A program made the translations under genes and the position numbers. From NCBI GenBank assembly GCA_002787155.1, contig PCVY01000064.1, positions 10,475 to 74,474 of the forward strand: a stretch of 64,000 bases of DNA, in the 5' to 3' direction. Under the pieces are notes generated by a model. That model worked only from the letters and a program-made list of their open reading frames with translations. It had not been told where the DNA came from and did no database searches. Below are positions 58,502 to 64,000 of this stretch, one piece after another; the first letter of the stretch is position 1; each line of letters begins with the position of its first letter. The stretch comes from Candidatus Abzuiibacterium crystallinum (GTDB lineage Bacteria > Omnitrophota > Omnitrophia > Omnitrophales > Abzuiibacteriaceae).

Positions 58502-59518
58502 ATGGTCATTGCTTGCGTTTTAAAAAATTGGTTGGGTGATGTGGTGTTTTCGACACCGGCTATCCGGGCGCTCCGGTATCATTTTCCTTTGGCCACCATT
58601 GTTTGCTTAGCGCCCAAACGGTGCGTTCCGATTTTGGAAGCGAATCCGTATGTGGATCAGGTCATGGTATTTGACGAGCGTCATGAACACCGGGGCTGGC
58701 TCGCCAAACTGAAACTGATTTCTGATTTAAAACGCCTTAAAATTGATCGCGCTTATTTATTTCACCGGTCTTTTACCCGCGCGCTTCTTTTAACGCTTGG
58801 CGGTGCAAAGAACCGTATTGGTTATTTGCACAAATGGCGGCAATTTTTACTAACACAAGCTTATCAAGAGCCCGAGGGTGTTCATCATGCAGTGGATGTT
58901 TCGCTCGAGTTGCTTCGTCAAAGCGGGTTGGCGGTAACGGGTGATGCTTTATATGAGTTTTATTTCAATAAAAATGATTTAGAAGAAGTCAAATCCTTGC
59001 TGAAAAGAACATCATTTAAAGCGGGCAGATTGGTTGCGGTCAATCCAGGCGCCAATTGGCCGCCCAAACGATGGCCGGTTGAACATTTTGCCGAACTGGT
59101 TCAAGAACTGACAACTCGATTTCAAGTCAATGTGATTATCACAGGCGGGGAAGCAGACCAGCCGCTTGCGGATATCATTTTACGTGCAAATGATCCAGAG
59201 CGCGTGGTATCCATATGCGGGCAGAGCAGTTTACGCCAGCTTGGGGCTTTGTTTTCGCTTTGTTCCCTTGTCATTTCATCAGACAGCGGACCGCTTCACA
59301 TTGCGGGAGGTGTCGGTACCAACGTGATTGGGATTTTTGGACCGACGGATCCTGTGCGGACGGGGCCGCGTGGCCGCGGAAAAAATATTATCATACATTA
59401 TGTTCCCGAAGGCCAAACAGTACCTTGGTATGGGGAAAATTTTCCGGGCAAGGGGTGGATGGACCGAATTTCGGCGGCAGAGGTGATGGCAGCCATTGAG
59501 AAAGAGAAGTTGCTATGA
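58502..59518 (+). CDS. waaF: Lipopolysaccharide heptosyltransferase II-like (GT9)
   Basis: NWLGDVV, NPGA..KRWP, DSGPLH, FGPT. Confidence 0.8.
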   Translation: MVIACVLKNWLGDVVFSTPAIRALRYHFPLATIVCLAPKRCVPILEANPYVDQVMVFDERHEHRGWLAKLKLISDLKRLKIDRAYLFHRSFTRALLLTLGGAKNRIGYLHKWRQFLLTQAYQEPEGVHHAVDVSLELLRQSGLAVTGDALYEFYFNKNDLEEVKSLLKRTSFKAGRLVAVNPGANWPPKRWPVEHFAELVQELTTRFQVNVIITGGEADQPLADIILRANDPERVVSICGQSSLRQLGALFSLCSLVISSDSGPLHIAGGVGTNVIGIFGPTDPVRTGPRGRGKNIIIHYVPEGQTVPWYGENFPGKGWMDRISAAEVMAAIEKEKLL

Positions 59519-60453
59519 AAATTTTACCGGATGCTATCAACCGTATTTTAGTGATTTCACTCACAAATTTAGGCGATGTCATTCTCACCACACCTGTCAT
59601 GGCACAATTGCATGCGGCTTATCCCCATGCTGCCATCACGGTCTTGATTGGTCCGAAAGGCCGCGAATTAATTGCAGGGAGCGGGACTGTCCGCGAAGTC
59701 ATTGTCTATGATAAAAAAGCAAACTGGCAAGATAAAATAACGCTCATCCGACAACTCAGGCAAAAACATTTTGATCTTGTGATTGATTTACGCAATACCT
59801 TAATCCCGTTTCTCATCCAAGCAAAACGATTTAATTTTCCGGTTTTTGGCAGGCAGCCTGTTGCTATGCGAGCACGGCATTTGAGCCGTTTGGATTTCTT
59901 GGAGTTACCTCAGACAAAAGAAACCTTTGAATTTTTCAATGAACAAGACGCTGAAACGTGCTGGCGTAAAATGAAGGGATTGAATGTTGATCGTCACTAT
60001 GGGGTGGTGGTGTTAGCGCCGGGGGCAGGTAGTTTTGAGAAGCGGTGGCCGGCAGCTTCCTTTGGAAAAGTAGGCCGTTACTTTACCGCACAACAAAAGC
60101 AAGTTGTCGTTGTCGGCAGCCTTGCTGAAAAAGAATTAGGAAAGCAAATTCAGGAGTTTGATCCGTTTCAGATTGCTAATGCTTGCGGTGCGTTGACGCT
60201 TCGGGAATTGGCCGCTTTCTTAAAAGAAGCTGATTGCGTGGTGTCTAATGACAGCGCCATTATGCATTTGGCCAACGAGCAAAACGTTTCTACCGTCGCA
60301 TTATTTGGGCCTACCAATCCAAATCAATACGCAGCTTATAAATCTGGTAACCGCGTGATCCAAGCCGAAAGCAATCTTCGAGAGATATCCGGTATTTCGC
60401 CTGAAAGGGTCATCAAAGCGTGTGAGGATATTTTGAATGCCAATGTCCATTGA
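59515..60453 (+). CDS. Glycosyltransferase family 9
   Basis: NLGDVILTTP, KRWP, NDSAIMH, LFGPT. Confidence 0.9.
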   Translation: MKILPDAINRILVISLTNLGDVILTTPVMAQLHAAYPHAAITVLIGPKGRELIAGSGTVREVIVYDKKANWQDKITLIRQLRQKHFDLVIDLRNTLIPFLIQAKRFNFPVFGRQPVAMRARHLSRLDFLELPQTKETFEFFNEQDAETCWRKMKGLNVDRHYGVVVLAPGAGSFEKRWPAASFGKVGRYFTAQQKQVVVVGSLAEKELGKQIQEFDPFQIANACGALTLRELAAFLKEADCVVSNDSAIMHLANEQNVSTVALFGPTNPNQYAAYKSGNRVIQAESNLREISGISPERVIKACEDILNANVH

Positions 60454-61501
60454 TCCGCACCATTTGAAAAAGCTCCTGGTAGTTCGTGCTGATCGAATGG
60501 GTGATGTGGTGATCACAACGCCCGTTTTTCCTGCCATCAAACATCAATTTCCCAAAATTCATTTGGCTGTTTTGGTTGACAGGGCATACGGTGCTTTCAT
60601 TGAAGGCAATCCGTATGTGGATGAATTGCTGGTTTACGACAAGCAAGGAACCGAGAAAAGTTTGTGGGGAGCTTACACCTTTATTCGACGTTTGGAAGCA
60701 AAAAAATTTGATGCCGCCATTCTTTTTCATCCCCGCAACCGTATGTATTGGACTGCCTTTTTAGCTCATATTCCCATCCGCGTCGGCTATCGCGCCAAGA
60801 ATTTTGCCCTTTTAACCCATTCAATTCCGTACAATAAGCCGGCAGGGGAAAAGCATGAAGCAGAATATAATTTTGAGTTACTCCGCCTGCTTGGTATTCA
60901 GGAGCCAAGGGTGAAGGAGCCTTTTATTCCATTTTGCGATGTTTATCGGGATAAACTGGACGTTTTGCTGGACACCCGCATGAAATATGTTGTGTTTAAT
61001 CCGAGCGCAAGCACACCATCAAAAATTTGGCCGGCAGCTTATTTTGCTCAAGTTGCCGATTACATCTACGAGAAACATCAAGCAACGCCTGTCATGATCG
61101 GAAGCAAATCTGATTTACCTTTTAGCCAAGCGATGTCTCAAAAAATGAAGTCGCGGGCAATTGATTTGACCGGCAAGTTAGATGTTGGTTCTTTGGCTTG
61201 GCTTTTCAGGCGTGCTCGGCTTTTTGTGTCAAATGATACGGGGCCGGTTCATGTGGCAGCTGCTGTGAACACGCCGGTTGTTTCGATATTTTTGAGGAAT
61301 TTACCGGGCTTAGGGCCAACCCGCTGGCGGCCGCTTGGATTTAACGGTCATTATTTACTGGAAGATCTTGTGAAGACAGCGGCATTTGCCAATCACGGCA
61401 AAATTGAAGAATCTATGTTAAAGTCTTTGACACCCGGTGCGGTGATCCGATTGATCGAAGAAAAGAAGTGGCTGGAATCCTATGGCGCTAAAACTGAATA
61501 G
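60437..61501 (+). CDS. Glycosyltransferase family 9
   Basis: DRMGDVVITTP, KIWP, NDTGPVH. Confidence 0.9.
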   Translation: MPMSIDPHHLKKLLVVRADRMGDVVITTPVFPAIKHQFPKIHLAVLVDRAYGAFIEGNPYVDELLVYDKQGTEKSLWGAYTFIRRLEAKKFDAAILFHPRNRMYWTAFLAHIPIRVGYRAKNFALLTHSIPYNKPAGEKHEAEYNFELLRLLGIQEPRVKEPFIPFCDVYRDKLDVLLDTRMKYVVFNPSASTPSKIWPAAYFAQVADYIYEKHQATPVMIGSKSDLPFSQAMSQKMKSRAIDLTGKLDVGSLAWLFRRARLFVSNDTGPVHVAAAVNTPVVSIFLRNLPGLGPTRWRPLGFNGHYLLEDLVKTAAFANHGKIEESMLKSLTPGAVIRLIEEKKWLESYGAKTE

Positions 61502-62606
61502 CATCTTAATGGTACACCCGTTTGGAATTGGGGACGTACTTTTTATGACGCCGCTCATTCATGCGCTTAAAACTCAAGGAGTCAATCACATTGATCTGGT
61601 GTTAGGCAGCCGAACACAAACTATTTTTGAAAATCATCCGGGCATTCGTGAAATTCATGTGATTGATCGTGACCGTTTGGCGTCTCAATCATGGTTAAAA
61701 AACTTTAAAGAAATCACATCTTTATTAGGGCGGTTACGCCGTCATCGGTATGATGCGTTCATTGATCTTTCTCTGGGGCGGCAATATTCGTTTTTGACCT
61801 GGCTCTGTTTAAATATCCCCGTTCGGATCGGGTTCGATTATAAAAATCGGGGGATTTTTCTGAATCGCAAACTTAAATTGCAAGGCGGCTTTAGAGAAAA
61901 ATCTGTTGTTGAATATTATAGTGATTTACTCAAACTGATTGACATCAACCTGGCTGAAAAAGAGCTCGAATTTTATGTGCAGCCTCAGGACGAAAAAGAA
62001 GCAGAGTTATTCCTTAAGCAAATGCAGCTTGATGTTTCATCGCGCTTATTAGCGGTTGCACCGGGCGGGGGAGAGTCCTGGGGCAAAGATGCCAGGCTCA
62101 AACAATGGCCTCTTTCACACTTTCATGCGTTAATTAAGCAATTGCAGACCAAAAAGTATTTGAATGGCATCGATCGCGTTCTGATTTTAGGCAGCAAGAA
62201 TGATAAAGCGCTTGGAGAAGCGCTCAGGGCTTGCGATCCTTCTTTTTATGTAAACGGTTGCGCTCAAACCTCGTTGCGCGTTACCGCTGCCATTTTAAAA
62301 AAGGTAACGTGCTTGATTGCCAACGACGGCGGATTGGTTCATTTGGCGTGCGCTGTCAAAACGCCCGTGATGGCTATTTTTGGTCCGGTTGACCCCCGCG
62401 TGTATGGGCCTTATCCAATCCTGCCGACGCGCATTGCTTTGGTGAATGAAAATGGTCCTGAGTGCAGACCTTGTTATCAAAATATGCGTTACAATAGCGC
62501 CTGTATGCATATCGAATGTTTAAATGGATTGTCGGCGATACAAGTCATTCAACAAGCCGAAGAAAAAGGATTTTTTCAAGCTTTTCGACAAAAGGTGCAT
62601 TCCTAA
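61482..62606 (+). CDS. Glycosyltransferase family 9
   Basis: GIGDVLFMTP, KQWP, NDGGLVH, FGP, CRPC. Confidence 0.9.
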   Translation: MALKLNSILMVHPFGIGDVLFMTPLIHALKTQGVNHIDLVLGSRTQTIFENHPGIREIHVIDRDRLASQSWLKNFKEITSLLGRLRRHRYDAFIDLSLGRQYSFLTWLCLNIPVRIGFDYKNRGIFLNRKLKLQGGFREKSVVEYYSDLLKLIDINLAEKELEFYVQPQDEKEAELFLKQMQLDVSSRLLAVAPGGGESWGKDARLKQWPLSHFHALIKQLQTKKYLNGIDRVLILGSKNDKALGEALRACDPSFYVNGCAQTSLRVTAAILKKVTCLIANDGGLVHLACAVKTPVMAIFGPVDPRVYGPYPILPTRIALVNENGPECRPCYQNMRYNSACMHIECLNGLSAIQVIQQAEEKGFFQAFRQKVHS

Positions 62607-63442
62607 TGTTAGCCAAGCCTTATTTGTCAACGTTCTTAAGAATCTATTTAATTATCAGTTGGGTTGTGATGAGTGCGGGTTGCAGTCAATGGGACCGGAG
62701 CCATCTGTCAAACGCATCTATCCCTAAACTGGAAAAACCTCATTTTAAAATTCCTGTGGGTGAACGAATGGTTTTTAGCATTCGATGGCTGGGCATGGAA
62801 GTGGGGACCGCAGCAGTTAAAGTGGAAGAAATTGTCAAAATGAATGAGCGGGACGCTTACCATGTGTCTGTCCATGTACGGTCTAACAAATTCATTGATC
62901 TTTTTTATCCTGTCCGTGACGAGCATCATAGTTATATTGATGTCGAACATCTTTATTCCTTGCGGTATGAGCGCAAAATGAAGCAGCGTGATTATCGTGC
63001 CGATGAGTTGATCACATTTGATCAGGTTAATCACAAAGGTTTGTATGAGTCAAAAAGAAGCGGTGATACCAAAGAAATGATCATTCCCGAGAATGTTCAA
63101 GATCCGGTTTCCTGTACTTACTGGTTTCGCATGCAGCCGCTTGAGCCCGGAACAGTGATTCATATTCCGGTGAATGTGGATGAGAAAAACTGGACGTTGG
63201 AAGTACACGTTGAAGATTTTGAACAAGTGGTTGTTGACGGATTTGGTCAAATGGTTGCCATCCGAACGGAACCCATTTTTAAATTTCAAGGACTTTTCAT
63301 GAGCCGTGGTCGTGTGTGGGGTTGGATGGGAACGGATGAGCGCCGGACACCCCTTGTGATGAAAACCAAAATTAAAATTCTAGGTGCGATCAATGTTGTG
63401 ATCAAAGAATATGAAGCAGGTGATTATCATGTCGAAGCCTAG
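62606..63442 (+). CDS. DUF3108 domain putative lipoprotein
   Basis: ATG overlaps upstream stop; SAGC lipobox-like; GERMVFSIRWLG..G, VQD, RRTP. Confidence 0.75.
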   Translation: MLAKPYLSTFLRIYLIISWVVMSAGCSQWDRSHLSNASIPKLEKPHFKIPVGERMVFSIRWLGMEVGTAAVKVEEIVKMNERDAYHVSVHVRSNKFIDLFYPVRDEHHSYIDVEHLYSLRYERKMKQRDYRADELITFDQVNHKGLYESKRSGDTKEMIIPENVQDPVSCTYWFRMQPLEPGTVIHIPVNVDEKNWTLEVHVEDFEQVVVDGFGQMVAIRTEPIFKFQGLFMSRGRVWGWMGTDERRTPLVMKTKIKILGAINVVIKEYEAGDYHVEA

Positions 63443-64000
63443 CCGGCGGCGCTTTCGATTGCGATGGGGATGGTTAATCCTTTTGGTTTTACTGCTGATA
63501 GGGATTTCATTCCATTTTGCAGCCCGCTCAGAAATACCGGTACTGATGTATCATTTTGTGAGTCCCGTCGGTCAGCTCAAAGACAATCAATTAGTTATTT
63601 CCGATGAGACGCTTGATCGTCAGCTTCGTTGGCTTAAAAAATGGGGCTATCGTGTTTACTCGCTGGATGAATATGCAGATTGGCGTCTAAAAGGCATGCC
63701 GTCTCACGAGAAAGGTGTGGTTTTAACTTTTGATGACGGCAATCAGGATTTCTACGACACGATTTTTCCCATCTTACAGGTGCATCAAGTACCGGCTGCT
63801 AGTTTTCTGGTTTGGGATAATCTGGCTAACGGTAAAATGGGCAGCATGAGCATTAACCAAGCGCGCGAATTGTTAACAAGTTCTTTGGTGACTTTGGGAG
63901 TCCACACGATTCATCATAAGAACATGGTCCGTCTTTCTCAATCTGAATTAGAGGAAGAAACCACGGAAGCAAAACGGTTGCTGGAAAATGCGCTGCCAGT
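63429..64000 (+). CDS. Polysaccharide deacetylase family protein (3'-truncated by window)
   Basis: Hand translation from ATG 63429: TM helix, IPVLMYH, LTFDDG, HT.HH; absent from the ORF track, apparently because it runs off the window edge. Confidence 0.9.
   Translation, partial: MSKPSRRRFRLRWGWLILLVLLLIGISFHFAARSEIPVLMYHFVSPVGQLKDNQLVISDETLDRQLRWLKKWGYRVYSLDEYADWRLKGMPSHEKGVVLTFDDGNQDFYDTIFPILQVHQVPAASFLVWDNLANGKMGSMSINQARELLTSSLVTLGVHTIHHKNMVRLSQSELEEETTEAKRLLENALP

Noticed and set aside
274-63289. Many short overlapping or antisense ORFs in the ORF track
   Set aside because: They overlap well-supported genes and show no recognisable motifs; treated as shadow ORFs.

Overview
Gram-negative bacterial chromosome segment, almost entirely + strand. 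Gene content (TIGR04073-like protein, LpxL-ELM1 and GT4-GT9 fusions, giant multi-enzyme ORFs) suggests PVC group, possibly Omnitrophota; this is inference only. From 13.7 to 64 kb it is mostly housekeeping: DsbA-like protein, riboflavin/nusB operon, cobO plus cobalamin riboswitch plus TonB-dependent receptor, lipoate ligase and pyruvate dehydrogenase, trxB, ilvBNC-leuA, shikimate genes with pilD, dprA, topA, xerC and a long LPS cluster. The exceptional part is 1-13.5 kb: two tandem giant ORFs (>1,600 aa, open at the window edge, and 2,863 aa) built like polyproteins. Modules resembling isocitrate lyase, an EamA transporter, AceK, MetF, a SAM methyltransferase and HMG-CoA lyase are strung together, and most junctions carry a [R/H/K]-[S/A/T]-E-L-R pentapeptide (10 copies plus one RSELK) written with varied synonymous codons. 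Both proteins end in a homologous 134-aa domain, and the complete one starts with a signal-peptide-like segment. This looks like an exported, proteolytically processed metabolic polyprotein system; cleavage and export are inferred, not shown. Several palindromic REP/MITE-like elements are also present, two inside coding sequence. All family calls are by eye from motifs; no searches were run.
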